Assembly: GCA_964016885.1 (NCBI GenBank) | Contig: OZ024742.1 | Span: 351,850,001-351,914,000 of the forward strand | Origin: Eledone cirrhosa | Lineage: Eukaryota | Length of the DNA stretch: 64,000 nt | Direction: 5' to 3' | Shown: positions 44,925 to 59,415 of the stretch, piece by piece | Numbering within the stretch: position 1 is the first letter of the stretch | How the letters are laid out: each line of letters starts with the position of its first letter | Position numbers and translations under genes: made by a program | Notes under the pieces: model-generated | Seen by the model: the letters and a program-made list of their open reading frames with translations, nothing else | Told to the model about the DNA's origin: nothing | The model's database searches: none

Positions 44925-46297
44925 ACTCTTCCTCTCCCCTCTCTCATTCACGCTGGCTCTCTCTATTTCTTTACTTATAATCATCCTATTACTCAGATTA
45001 ATCTTATCAATCCGCACTTTCTGGAATTCTTAAATGATATATTTATCAAACGTTATTACTACCAATCTGAGATTTGCAAGAACAGATCAGCGACATGTTA
45101 TAAAATAAAAAGCAACTACATAAACTGATGTGAATTATTTAAATGAGAAATTCACAGTTCGTTTGTTTCTATTCTATACAACATAACTGAATATGAAAGG
45201 GTGAGGAAATTCCTTCACGTTTAATATCATATAAGTGCAGTCAGTGAAAGGAAAACTAAAAATAGTTCAGAGGCTATGTGATAAGCAGAAATAAAGGTCT
45301 CATAGTGACTGCTCATATATAATGCCAAGACACAGGCAAATGTTTAAAAACAATATTGAAATAAAAATCCTTAATCGAATGCAGATTGTGTAAAATGTAC
45401 AATATCTATGGCGTGAAATCATTTGCCGGAGACCAGATTGTTTCACAGCCGAATATGTTTACAGACAACGATTAATGCAGCCTTGAGAAATATACCAAAC
45501 TGCGAAATGAAAATACCTCAGTTTAGACATATAAACTTGCAAAAGTACGATAGGTCCTTACTGGACAATGTTCTTGTTAGATACATTATTTTCACCGCTA
45601 TAGAAGGAATCTGATACAAATATCTGATACAAATATAATAATCAAGGAATGTATGATGTTGTATAGTGATATATACAAATATAATAGAACCTGAGTAGGG
45701 TAAACTACAATATTATCCAAATGGAAGTAAATGATGGAGCGGCATGGATCGAAATTGATGCCAATGCCGATTACGATAAAGGTTTGATCTAAAACACGGA
45801 GACCTAAACAAGGATTTCAACGTTATATACAGTCCGATTATAACTCTTTTTGACATAGACTACAACAAACACGAGAGTATCGAATATACAGCAAACCATC
45901 AATAGCCAACTGTCTGTACATAAAACAAAGCACATTAATAACACCAGAATCAATATCACACACAACACATACAACAGACAACACAATGTAACAACATGCT
46001 TTCAACTTAATTGATACTCATCATATATCAAATAAATAATATTCTACACAGATGCACACCATTGATGCTACACAGAACACACAACATACAATCTAATTAT
46101 TCACTGCCCCACATTGAAGAAATATAGCACAAATTATAGAACATATACGAAAGATAACGACGACCAACAAACGGCTCAGGTTACACCACTAATATCTCTG
46201 AAATACATGATGATAGCAAATTATATCTATCAATGTTCAGTGAAATATATGTTTTTCAAGAGAAATACTCGTAATAAAACCAAAACCTGTAATAATT

Positions 46298-46647
46298 GAT
46301 TCTCCTTTTGGCACAAGGCCAGCAATTTACTGGTACTTTATTTTATCGACCCCGTAAGGATGAAAGGCAAAGTTAACCTCGGCGGGATTTGAACTCTCAT
46401 CGTAAAGGCACGTAACTACGCTGGAAAGCATGACGTCCGACTCTCTACCGATACTGCCAATCCTCCTGTAATAATATCTACATGTTGTTTAATATAAATC
46501 TAAAAATATGTCAATACAAACAAGTAACAAATTCAACAAAATCAAAACTAGTGCACTAATGGTGCTTTATTATGTTGACTCCGTAAGGATGGAAGGAAAA
46601 GTTAACTTACGCCGGGTTTAAACTTAGAACGTATAGGGCCGTAACTA
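46298..46647 (-). mobile_element. Two SINE copies (46298-46463; 46557-46647 partial)
   Basis: Reverse-complement matches to the consensus. Confidence 0.85.
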
Positions 46648-46704
46648 TAGGACGCAAATCATAATAATGATATTAACAGCGATATTAAGAATAAAAACAG
46701 CCCT

Positions 46705-46767
46705 AGCAGTAGCAGTGGTAGTAGCAGTAGTAGTAGCAGTAGTAGTGGTAAGAGTAGCAGCAACAAC

Positions 46768-46810
<43 letters not shown>

Positions 46811-46835
46811 GTAGTAGTAGTAGTGGCAGTGGTAT

Positions 46836-46894
<59 letters not shown>

Positions 46895-46895
46895 A
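46705..46895. repeat. (TAG)n microsatellite
   Basis: Directly visible. Confidence 0.97.
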
Positions 46896-47923
46896 TGGAA
46901 GGTGGTAACAATATATTTGGTGAATGTGTTGGCAGTGGTATCTCCGTTGTAAGTCGTTACACTGGTGTGTTTAGTGTCATAATACAACATTCAACTAATT
47001 ATTGGAAGCCTAATAATGCAATCGATTTCAGATTAACCTCGCGAAACATATACATGCCTCTACCATCGCCCACTTCCTAAAGCAGAAACACACAAACACA
47101 CACAGACAAACACACATTCACACAGACAAACACACATTCACACAGACGAACACACATAGTCATACACACAGACACACACATATGCACACGTACGCATCCG
47201 CACATATATATATATATGCGTATATATATATATATATATATATATACGCATATATTATATATATATAGAGAGAGATAGATATTATACATCTATGGATATA
47301 TCTATCTATATAACTATCTGTCTAACTCTCTCTATATATACATACATACATATACATACTACGCACACACATGTATATGTATGCATACACACACACACAC
47401 ACACAAGCGCGCGCGCACGCAAACACATACACACACGCATATATATATATATATATAGCGTAAAGCTAAACTAACACAAAAATATGGTAAATACTATCAG
47501 CGATGCGATCAGATGACCTTAATATTTTGCTCATGATCTTCTAAAAGCCAATAAGTTTATTGATGTTAATCAACTCCCAGCCATTTTACTTTTATATTTT
47601 TGACAATATACTGTGCCTAATTAAGAGGTAGACTTGAAATTAATGCCGACTCCGCACAGCTTTAACCTTTTCGTTCGATCTTAATTGTCCGATATATTTG
47701 AAGTTCAGGCATGTCACTGTAAAGGCAGATACGATAGTGTACATGCATAGACTCACAATTACACAGCAATGCACAGACGGAGAAACAGATGCATTATTGA
47801 AATAGATTCACTTGCAGTGAGACAAAAACAATGATGTATTGAAATTTAATGAGATATTAAAGCAATTAATGTATGATTGTATGTATGCATATCTCTCTCT
47901 CTCTCCCTCTCTCTCTCTCTCTC

Positions 47924-48051
<128 letters not shown>

Positions 48052-48491
48052 TAATAATGGTTGACGGATCCGGCATATTTATATATATATATATATATAT
48101 ATATAAATGTGTATGTGTGCGTGAGTGCGAGTGTTTGAGTGTGTATGCATATATATATGAGTGGGTGTGCTGTGTGAGTGTGCGTGTGTATGTGTGTGTT
48201 TGAGCGTGTATGCATATATGTTTCTATGTACGCATGTATGTTTAGATCTATATATGTATGCATGTATGCGAATGTGAGATTATGTACATAAATATGTTTA
48301 TTTATTTAAATGGGCAAACATACATGCTTATCTGTTTGCTGTAATGGCTCAAATATACATGATTAAATCTCGTGATAATCTATTTTCCCCCAAACGATTT
48401 ATAAGCTAACAAGGCCCGCATTATTGCAAGCTGTGGCTGCAAGTCATACATTGTAGCGGATATGTAGAGAAATGGGTGAACGATATTTACA

Positions 48492-48651
48492 TAACTGTTT
48501 CTACTTTTGGCACAAGGCCAGCAAATATCACAGTACATTACAGGTACTTTATTTTATCGACCCTGTAAGGATGAACTCAGAATGGCAAGGACCGTAACTC
48601 TATGCGTCAAAGCCTGTGTCCGACGCTCTACCGATACTGCCAATCCACGCC
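48492..48651 (-). mobile_element. SINE with internal deletion
   Basis: Consensus match; GCGATATTTACATAA-like duplication on both flanks. Confidence 0.85.
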
Positions 48652-48969
48652 ATTTGCGATATTTACATAATGTCACGTAGTTATGCCTGTGTAAAAACTA
48701 AAATCACAATTGCGAAGGGAAATGATGAAAGAGGGATTTCTCAGGTAGAATCAAAATAATATAATACATTTTGGAAAAGAGCGGGATGAAATAAATTTTA
48801 AAAACTACTACTGCTACTACTATAACTACTACTACTATATAGTAGATGGTAAACTTCCTTTAGATTTTCGCCTGCGCAAAAAGGTGGGAGCGAATAGGGA
48901 CTCACAGGTGATTGCGCGAAGGTTTCAAGAACACCCAATTTGTCCGTTCCCTTGTCAATTCTATTTGGA

Positions 48970-49037
<68 letters not shown>

Positions 49038-49042
<5 letters not shown>

Positions 49043-49468
49043 AGACTATTGAAGTTTGCTTGAAGTATTGTGGAATAAAAATCATTTTTCCGTTTTGGCA
49101 GTCTCAACAATGCAGGTGGGTAAATCTCCGGTTAACAGAATCCGGTGGTGACGAGTGAGATGTAAGAGGAAATGTAGAATGAGATGTATAGTGTGTAGAG
49201 GAACGTAGGAAAGAGCGTAAACATACAACTAATAACACTAGGTAGAGTTACCTTGGGAGAGATTTAATTGTCCCTATATTTATGATTCGCATCTATCAAC
49301 TGGGGGGTTTTCCGGGGGGGTGGGGGTTATCTGTCGGAGAAGAACGGTACGTGGTCTCTGTTGTCCGCTGTTTGTGTGTAACTGTGTGTTACATCACTCA
49401 CTTCACCGCCGGATTCTGTTACTCGTAAATTTACCCATTTGCATTGTTGAGGCTTCCAGAACGACAAT
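49038..49468 (-). mobile_element. (TA)n-flanked element family F with a 5' inversion; second copy at ~51698-52075 (plus)
   Basis: ~350-bp reverse-complement homology between the two loci; hammerhead-like CCC CTGGTTGA TGGAT-GCGA-ATCC GAAA TA TA GGG at 51801-51836. Confidence 0.75.
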
Positions 49469-49483
49469 ATATATATATATATA

Positions 49484-49560
<77 letters not shown>

Positions 49561-49571
49561 ATATATATATA

Positions 49572-49908
49572 TAGTATAAAAAAACGAAAAATCAGTGATG
49601 CATCTGGACTCAGTATATTACGTGCTACAACTGTTTCGCCGGCAGGTAGCTCAGAGTGATAAGATTTGCTCCGAACGAATTGCCTGTGTCCAAAGGAACC
49701 TACAGCCGTACAATCAGCCAAATTCATACAGTGATCATGTCTCGAACTACCTGCCGGCGAAACAATTGTCACACGCAATAAACTGAGTCCAGATGTATCA
49801 CTGATGTTTCGTTTATTTATACTATTCACACTCTTCTCTGTATGAATATTGAGTGCTAATTTTGGCATACCGCCTAGTGAAGTACCTTAGCTACCATTAT
49901 ACACACGT
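49572..49908 (+). mobile_element. (TA)n-inserted hairpin element, family C
   Basis: Arms ~49572-49651 and ~49745-49824; GCCGGC GAAA CAATTG TC (hammerhead 3' half); another arm copy at 26348-26427. Confidence 0.78.
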
Positions 49909-50039
49909 ATATATATATATATATATATTCTGCAAGACCAGCCGTGAATCGCGCAGTATGCAAATGATGATACTCAGCCGATTTATACTTAAGAAAATAC
50001 TATATATTTTTAACTGTTCAACAGACTGGCAGAGGTATA

Positions 50040-50080
50040 CAGTCCTTATGAAGGGCGATGACCTAGAAACATGTTGATTG
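50040..50080 (+). ncRNA. Decayed minimal hammerhead
   Basis: CAGTC CTTATGA AGG...CCT(A) GAAA CATG TT GATTG; G5 mutated; palindromic stem III. Confidence 0.5.
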
Positions 50081-50343
50081 TTCCTTAAAATCAGTGTTGA
50101 AAAAACACCTGACGATCGGTCCCATGAAGAGATCCAAATCGGGCCCCTGGTTTACAACCGAATCCAAAATTATTTGTAATGTTCGATATAATTTACACGT
50201 ACATATTTATATGTAAATATGTGTGTGTATTTATATATAAATGTGTGTATATATGTATGTGTATACGTGTGTATATTCACATTTATGTATCAGCTGTGCT
50301 AGAGATAGAATTAAAATTCTAATTTCATTTTTATTTAAATATA

Positions 50344-50380
<37 letters not shown>

Positions 50381-50384
<4 letters not shown>

Positions 50385-51457
50385 ATATTTAGAAACACAC
50401 AGATACATGCGGACACACACATATATACATGAATGCATCCGCACCCAACTGTGAGTTAAGGGTGCCAACTTCACCGATGTTGCTCAATGAATGACTGGGA
50501 CAGACCAATTCAGTTGAACTAGACTGAACCAGTATCAGAGTTAAAAATACATTATGAAGAGAGAAGAAACATTTAGATATAATTAGTAATAAAATGTATC
50601 ATACCTAAACTGCTCCTAAATTCCTCGACTACGTATTATCGTGGCATAAATAAAAACAATATATCATAAAGATATAGAGTCCTTGCGAGGTCTGCCGACT
50701 TATCAAGAGGATACCTCATTTTACTAGTCTCAAGAACGCGTTTACACGACGTGAGAAAGAATCCCAAAAGGCGGAGGGGGAGATAGTCACGCGATATAAC
50801 GGTCGAGAAACAGAGGTAAGCCTCTTATAACCCCGAAGAAAATACCACGGAGGCGGAGGGGGTATTTATATCGAGGCCGTAGAAGAGGTGGTGAAGAAGG
50901 CGAGAAGTATGAGTAATGGAAGCCTTCCAGCTGTCCCCACACTTCAAAGATTGCTCGACCAGAGGGAGTTATTAACAATATATTTAGAAACACACAGATA
51001 CATGCGGGCACACACATATATACATGAATGCATCCGCACCCAACTGTGAGTTAAGGGTGCCAACTTCACCGATGTTGCTCAATGAATGACTGGGACAGAC
51101 CAATTCAGTTGAACTAGACTGAACCAGTATCAGAGTTAAAAATACATTATGAAGAGAGAATAAACATTTAGATATAATTAGTAATAAAATGTATCATACC
51201 TAAACTGCCCCTAAATTCCTCGACTACGTAGTTTCGTGGCATAAATAAAAACAATATATCATAAAGATATAGAGTCCTTGCGAGGTCTGCCGACTTATCA
51301 AGAGGATACCTCATTTTACTAGTCTCAAGAACGCGTTTACACGACGTCAGAAAGAATCCCAAAAGGCGGAGGGGGAGATAGTCACGCGATATAACGGTCG
51401 AGAAACAGTGATACATGTTATTACTAATTATATCTAAATGTTTCTTCTCTCTTCATA

Positions 51458-51462
<5 letters not shown>
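50381..51462 (-). mobile_element. Tandem 595-bp hammerhead-containing repeat (about 1.7 units) plus a short 5' inversion; dispersed copy at ~63064-63472
   Basis: CAATATATTTAGAAACACACAG at 50381 and 50976; inversion ~51417-51462; (TA)n on both sides. Confidence 0.88.
51217..51306 (-). ncRNA. Type I hammerhead ribozyme, U3:A8 core variant
   Basis: Minus strand: TCCTC TTGATAA GT(C)GGCA...TGCCAC GAAA CTACGTAG TC GAGGA. Also at 63299-63386 (intact) and 50622-50711 (mutated). Confidence 0.78.
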
Positions 51463-51544
<82 letters not shown>

Positions 51545-51589
51545 TATGTGTGTGTGGGAAGTAGTTTCAGATGTTAGAGTCTTTTATTG

Positions 51590-51669
51590 ACAATGATGTG
51601 ATACACATTTCAATGACGACTGTGGCCACACAATTCCGTGTACCCAGTGCCATGACATCATCAGACAGC
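51590..51669 (-). ncRNA. Type I hammerhead ribozyme, partly decayed
   Basis: Minus strand: GCTGT CTGATGA, long imperfect stem II, GAAA TGTG TAT CACA TC ATTGT, then AATAAA. Confidence 0.62.
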
Positions 51670-52070
51670 GTCTTAAATAATAATGTTATATTCCCGAGGT
51701 AACAGAATCCGGTAACACACTGTTACACACAAACAGCAGACAATGGAGGCCACGTACCGTTCCTCTCCGATACATAACTCCAACTTCCTCCGCGTGAAAA
51801 CCCCCTGGTTGATGGATGCGAATCCGAAATATAGGGACAATTAAATCTCTCCCAAGGTAACTCTACCTCGTGTTATTATTTTTATTTTTACGCTCTTTCC
51901 TACGTTCCTCTACACACTATACGTCTCATTCTACATTCCCTCTTACATCTCTCTCTTCACCACCGGATTCTGTTACCCGGATATTTACCCATCTGCATTG
52001 TTGAGGCTTCCAAAACGACAAAAAACAATTTTTCTTATGCCACAATGCTTCAGGCAAGCTTCAATACTAT

Positions 52071-52135
<65 letters not shown>

Positions 52136-52138
<3 letters not shown>

Positions 52139-52563
52139 TAAAAGAATAGAGGTGTAACACACAAGTTATTATATATTGGTAAACGGAATAGAAAATGCTG
52201 ACAAATTGTTCACAGTTGAAAAATGGTTTAATTAGGAATAAAAGAGTATTAGTGATTGTATGGGTTAGTATTCAGTTGTGGTTTTAAGTTTTTAAGTTTT
52301 TACCGGTTGCGCATTTCTAAATGCTTTTCAAAAATAATTTTGAGATAGAGTGTCCGTGCTGTTTGCTCAGATCAGAGCAAACAGCACGGACACTCTATCT
52401 CAAAATTATTTTTGAAAAGCATTTAGAAATGCGCAACCGGTAAAAACTTAAAAACTTAAAACCACAACTGAATACTAACCCATACAATCACTAATACTCG
52501 TTTATTCCCAATTAAACCATTTTTCAACTGTGAACAATTTGTCAGCATTTTCTATTCCGTTTA

Positions 52564-52572
<9 letters not shown>
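52136..52572. repeat. Near-perfect 402-bp palindrome (198-bp arms, 6-nt loop) in (TA)n
   Basis: 52171-52368 versus 52375-52572 with about 2 mismatches; each arm carries GAAA-TGCGCA. Confidence 0.92.
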
Positions 52573-52611
<39 letters not shown>

Positions 52612-53032
52612 CATACATATCAGCGGGAATATAATCCCTGTGTTTGTTTTATTTTATTTCTTTAAATATAGGAATATGTATGTGTGTGTGTGTGTGTGTG
52701 TGTGTGGGCGCGAGTGTGTGTGTGTGTGTGTATTTGCATGTGTCTAGGTGTCTGTTCATGTCTCTTATTATTTGTGTGTTTATTGGTGTGGTGGACAAAT
52801 CTGATTCTAAAAATTCTACGTTCAGAGTTAGACATTGTCTCTCAAGCACGTATACACACACACATAAACACACACATACACACACATATACACCTACACA
52901 CACACACACACACACACATTCAGACATACGTACATATCTATATAGAAACTATATATATACACACACACTCGTATATGTATACACACACACATATATACAT
53001 ATATGTATATATATATATATATATATATACAT

Positions 53033-53065
<33 letters not shown>

Positions 53066-53467
53066 CGATTTCATAGTTAACAAAACGTTTGCTAAAGTCG
53101 CCATAGTGTCCAGACCTAAGAAGAAATTAAATACAAGATTGCTTCTCACTAATGGCAAATAGACATAACAGTTTTAAGCGGAGTCAAATTATTGATAACT
53201 GGTTGTCTGAATAATTAAAATGTACTTCACTCCTCAAAACTTTTTGCATTAATCCAGACAAAATTATTCCATAAGTGTCTATCGACATAAATTCTCACTT
53301 GAACGTGACCTGGTTATGTTAGAATATCTGATACCAATATTTTTTCTCGTTCACTAGTTTTATTCGCCCCATTACCATATAAAATTGCAGTCAAAATATT
53401 ACATCGAGGCTTCTAATTTTATTTTCTATTTATATACATATACACATGTGTGTGTATATATGTATGA

Positions 53468-53534
<67 letters not shown>

Positions 53535-54730
53535 AGTGTGTGTGTGTTTGTGTGTGTGCGCTCTATGTATCTTTTCTACAATGACTTCCCGTGAGCCCTA
53601 AAATTTACTTGGAATTTTTTCTATAACTTATAAGTATTTGTGCTAGTGTAAATTGTGTTTCGTATTTCTAAATTAAATGCACACACTGAAACGCTAGATC
53701 AGTTCGTTTTTATTTTTCTCACAGTAATTACTCCCATATTGAATGTCGAAACGGCTTGAGCTCTGCCATCGGGGTTCTGACTCTTTTCCTATATATGTAT
53801 AGTGTGTCCCCGAGTACATGTATACATCGGTTTAGATTTACGTGTGTCGTATTGAGGCAGATAATTTTGTGTCTACTCTACTTCATGTCTACTTTTGAGT
53901 TTGCTGAGATGCAACTGGTTCTAGCAGGGAAACCTTTCGCTAGTTCCGTCAACTTATTATTATATATATATACAGAGAATTAAAGGTTCGGTGTTCATCA
54001 AATCCCCAGATTGTAAACGTTACTTCGTATTTCGAAGCCTTTTCTGTGCGTTGAGTTAGTGAAAGTCAAATAGTTAAGGTAGAAACTAAAATTCAAGTAT
54101 GAATCTGCATCAAAAAATTTGCTTAAGGTTCAAAAAGATATTAATTTACTTAGATGTCATATGCTAAAAATGTTCATTGTGCAGTGTGTGTGTGCCGCGT
54201 TCATCTCAGTAAAGACGGTTTTTGAAATCCGAAGATCAGGCAAATAAGAATTGCCACTAGTGTTTCTTCCCGTCAGGAGTGTGGAAAGAAATATGCCACT
54301 ACACGTGATCTCCCACTTCATTTTAGGTATGACTAAAACAATATGGGGGGGGGGGGATGGGAATACCGTACCTCCCCGCAGCATATGCAGCAAGGAATGT
54401 ATGTTATTCGCAGGGATAAAGAGTCTTCCCCGTACAACATATATTTGAGAAAAAGATCCACAAATGACAAGCTTTTACATGTCGAAGCAACGCATCAATA
54501 AATATTTTTATTATTATCATAAGTATACATCTAAAATAATACCGAAATACACTGCCATTATTTGGAGAGTGAGACTCTGCAGAGATTCAATTGTTCCAAC
54601 TTTTGGTAGATGGGAATAATCAACATAGCTCTAGAATTTGTCAAGTGTTACACCATGATATATTCTAATCCACTATTATGAAATGCGTATAATACTATTC
54701 TATATAACTAGAGACGCATTATATATATAT

Positions 54731-55871
54731 TTAGGGCGGGTAAAATTCTCGAGATCCATGGACGAGTTCTCTCCAGCGGTCTCTGTCCCTCATTATCGCT
54801 GCTATGTCGTGTGTCTCCACTAGACCAGTGCCTATGTTTAGGGCATCAACATACGTTAAGTTTGGTTTTCCTCTTACAGTGTGTCCATGTAGCGGCTCAC
54901 GCAGGAGCACTGAGTGCAATGTTAACTCCGGATGTCGGTGAGCATATCCAGCTAACCTCAATCTCCTCTGTGTCACTTTTGAGCTGACTTTTGGGAGACT
55001 CCCATACATCACTGAGTTTTTCCTCCTCAGTGTATACTGATTAATGTTTAGAGCCTTCCTCAGCATTCTCGTGTAGCACCCATCCACCATCTGAATGAGT
55101 TTCTTGGTCAGGATCCAAGTCTCAGGCCCGTACAGCAGCACAGACTCCACTACAGCAACGAAGAGGCGGATTTTCAGGTCTTTACGAAGGTCCTACTTCC
55201 ACACCGATCTCAAGCTGTGGCACGCCGCCCAGGCTTTGCTCTTCCTCTCAACTACATCATCTTACGTATTCACAATCTTTACTCCCAAATAAAGGAAGTG
55301 CTCAACCAATTCTAGCGGCTTCCAGCCTACATTAATGATCCCCTCTGGCATCTCAACATTCTGTACCAGATATTTTGTTTTAGTCTCATTCATTATCAGC
55401 CCCACACTCATTGACACAGTCACAACCTCAGGCATCACATCCTCTGCCTGTATTTGTCACCAAAACAATGTTGTCGGCAAATTCAGTATCTGATATCTTT
55501 TTCGCCTTAACTCTCCTGCTCTGAGCTGGTGCTACAATAAAGCCAGAGTGCTGGTGTTTCTCCAGTGCAAAGCGCATACAATCATCCACTACGATGATAA
55601 AAAGGTAGGGAGCCAATGTATCTCCTTGGAGCACTCCAGCCAGTATCTCAAAGAACTCTGTCATCCCACCAGGTGTAATGACTTGATCTTTGGTGTTGGT
55701 GTAGAGCAGTGATATTAGGTCCACTATCTTCTTGGGGATTCCATAAGCCTGTAAGATCTTCATCAGGCAGTGACGGTCAATTGAATCTAAAGGCCTTCCT
55801 AAAGTCAATGAAAACCATGACCGCAGGAAGGCACTTTGCTCTAGCTCCCTCTAATATCCTCCTCAACATCA

Positions 55872-55873
<2 letters not shown>
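54731..55873 (-). mobile_element. RTE-clade LINE, 5'-truncated and frameshifted
   Basis: Frames give VFIDFRKAF/DSIDR, GVLQGDTLAPYLF, EFADNI, ESVLLYGPETW, RRLRLAGYAHRH, RDRWRELV. The stop codon lies at the 3' end directly against TA repeats. Confidence 0.9.
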
Positions 55874-55917
<44 letters not shown>

Positions 55918-56605
55918 AGAAAGGGAGGGAGATTCGTATTATGATATTAATTTCTTATTATATTGAAGATAATTCGCGCGTTTTTCATCACTAAAGATAT
56001 ATAAGCGTGTCTATACGTGTGTGTTTGCATGCATCTTTATATATATATATGCATATATATATATATATAAGCAAAAATTAGCGAGAATCGAATTTCAGCC
56101 CATGATATAACGAAAAAACACTTTCGATTTGTGATGCAAGCGCTCTATAATTCAAATGAATTAGAGCTTACAACTTACGTTAAAGGCCAAACACACTGAG
56201 ATGGTGGTTAAACTAATTATCCACACAGCGAAGATTCGATCTCCTATTTCGGGTCAAACAGATATACATATATAAAAATATATATATGAAAGCATAAATG
56301 TTTTATACTCACCCGGACCCCTGGAATGATGGTAAAGTCCAGTGTTGGGGTTTCTGCGGCTCCATATATATATGTATATATATAAAATCAAGGGAAAGCA
56401 AATAAAGAAAACAAATTTAAATGAATTTCGAAAAATTCACTGTACTTACTATATGCGCCTTTACCGCGGTTTCAGATCCCAGAACAATTAGATAATCAAA
56501 ATGGTTTGTTTATTTGCTTTCCCTTGATTATATATAAATATGTATATACATACATATATATATGTATATATATATATATATATATATACATACATACACA
56601 CACAC

Positions 56606-56695
<90 letters not shown>

Positions 56696-56732
56696 GTGTC
56701 TCTATGTATGTATATATATATATATATGTATG

Positions 56733-56847
<115 letters not shown>

Positions 56848-57365
56848 AAATATATATATTTACAATAGACACAACCACATGCAGAAACTCACATACATAC
56901 GTCTACATGTATGTGTTTGTATGTCTATATCACTATGTCTGCCTATGATGTGCTTTATCACTACTGGAAATATTAATACTAAAGGTCGATAATTAATAAG
57001 TAAATTAAAAAAATACAAGCTAAGGATTTAAAGGTATTATTTATTTTGTATTCTTTTTATATTTTCTCATTCTTCTCTCCCTATGAATCAATTTTCCAGA
57101 CATTTGTTTTTCTAACGGAGGAAATTACAAATGTGAGCATGATAAATCAATATATCTATATATATATATATATGGGAGTGTGTGTGTGCGTGTATACACA
57201 TACATATATCTAAGTATATTAATATAAATACTTACATATATGTATAAACGCACACACCCACATATATATATACATATATATTTATACACACTCATATATA
57301 TATATATATACATATATATATGTATATATATGTATATATATATATGGATATATATGGAAATATAT

Positions 57366-57429
<64 letters not shown>

Positions 57430-57466
57430 CATATATGCATGTATATACATATAATATATATACAAT

Positions 57467-57541
<75 letters not shown>

Positions 57542-58065
57542 TACATAAATGTATCAACATGTATATGTATACATCTGCATCTACACATGAATGCGTGTGT
57601 GTGTATTATTTGTATAATCGGATTGTGTATGTACGCTAGTGTGTGTTCGTAATAATTTATGTTTCTGTGTATTTGTTTCACTCCCATAGATAGATATATG
57701 CAGACTCAAATATTCCTAAGATTAAGTATTTTTTTCCTCCCCATTTAAAACCTATGTTGGTTCCATTAACTCAGCATTTCTATCAGTTCTTAGTGAATCG
57801 TATATCTGTTTTTCAGCTGAGAAATTAGACAAAACTTTTTCACATAATAACATAAAAAAGAAATCGCTTGTGTCCATTCTCTTTAGTTAAAAGAATAGTA
57901 TATTTAATATTGTTTTATTTTTCATTTCGAAATATATGTTTTTGGAATATAATGAAAATTATTTCTTTCTGTTTGTACCGACTGAAATGAATGAAAATAT
58001 GCCATTTTCTACATATACATTTATCCGTACCTTTATCTATGTCTGTCTGCTGTCTGTTACTTTAT

Positions 58066-58218
<153 letters not shown>

Positions 58219-58424
58219 GGGTGAATGAATTGCAGACCTGGACTGCCGAAGCAGGAGCTGCGCCAGCAGTGACAATTGTATGAATATTATCTCAGTGCAA
58301 AGAAGTGTTGAAATGTATTGTTTCACAGTACTTGCGCAACACGCGCGTAGATGATGCCAGCCGAACAACAGAGCTACGATGGAGTTGTTCTGCATGGTTG
58401 ACTAATGCGTGTTTTTTAAATTTA

Positions 58425-58590
58425 AGATAGTAGGAAGGTGTGTGATATGGAAGAGATTTAGCTGCTGTTTCTAGCAGGTTTAGTGAGCTCACAGAGGAAA
58501 AATGTTTTCTAAATGTAAAACAGTAGGGAGGGGTGTGATAGGTGGGAGAGTTAGCTGCTGTTTCTAGCAGGTTTAGTGACCTTATAGATG
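58425..58590 (+). repeat. Tandem duplicated ~70-bp interspersed-repeat fragment
   Basis: GGTGTG...GAG..TTAGCTGCTGTTTCTAGCAGGTTTAGTGA occurs twice. Confidence 0.75.
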
Positions 58591-58738
58591 AGCCTATTGT
58601 GTATAGTAAATAAACTGATACTTCTTTCTTCTACGTTCGTTGAGAGATGTTTTAAAAAAGATTTATCGCTATTTTTTATTGTTGTTGAATAAATGTATCT
58701 GTTGCTTTGATTAATTGTAGTTTCGACTCAAAAACAAA

Positions 58739-58814
<76 letters not shown>

Positions 58815-59415
58815 TTCATTTCTTTCTCTCTTCTTTCTTCGGCGTTCCTAAAGGAAGATTGTAAGTTTAAACGTATATAAGAGAAAGTTGCAGCATGTAT
58901 GTAGTTTTATCGAATATTAAGGGGAGTAGAGAGAGGAAATCTGATTGTATTAGGGAGATAAAGCGTCACGTATTTAGATTTATCGATTATTTCCGTAATT
59001 GTGGGTGAGTTTGAAATAAATAAATAGACCATTTACAACATTCGTACAGACTTTGAGTCGAATTGGTTTGAAATTGTGTAAATATATAAACATGGAACAT
59101 GCACACACACACACATAACAACAACAATCTGCCTTTTATAGATAATGATTCTAGCAATTTCCTTTATTTACTTGTTGATATAAAATAAAAGTTAAATAGT
59201 ATACCCCACATGTATAGATTTTTAATAGAAATGTTTTATTTTGACATATATAGACTATTATTTTTTTTATTTTATATTCTTTTATACTTATTTTAATTTA
59301 ATTATATTTTTTTAAATTTTATATTATTAATACATTTTTAGACTTCTTAATCCAATTTTTTAGTATTTGAACCCAATATAAAATAATATATCCTGTTTCT
59401 ATATGTTAGACCTCT

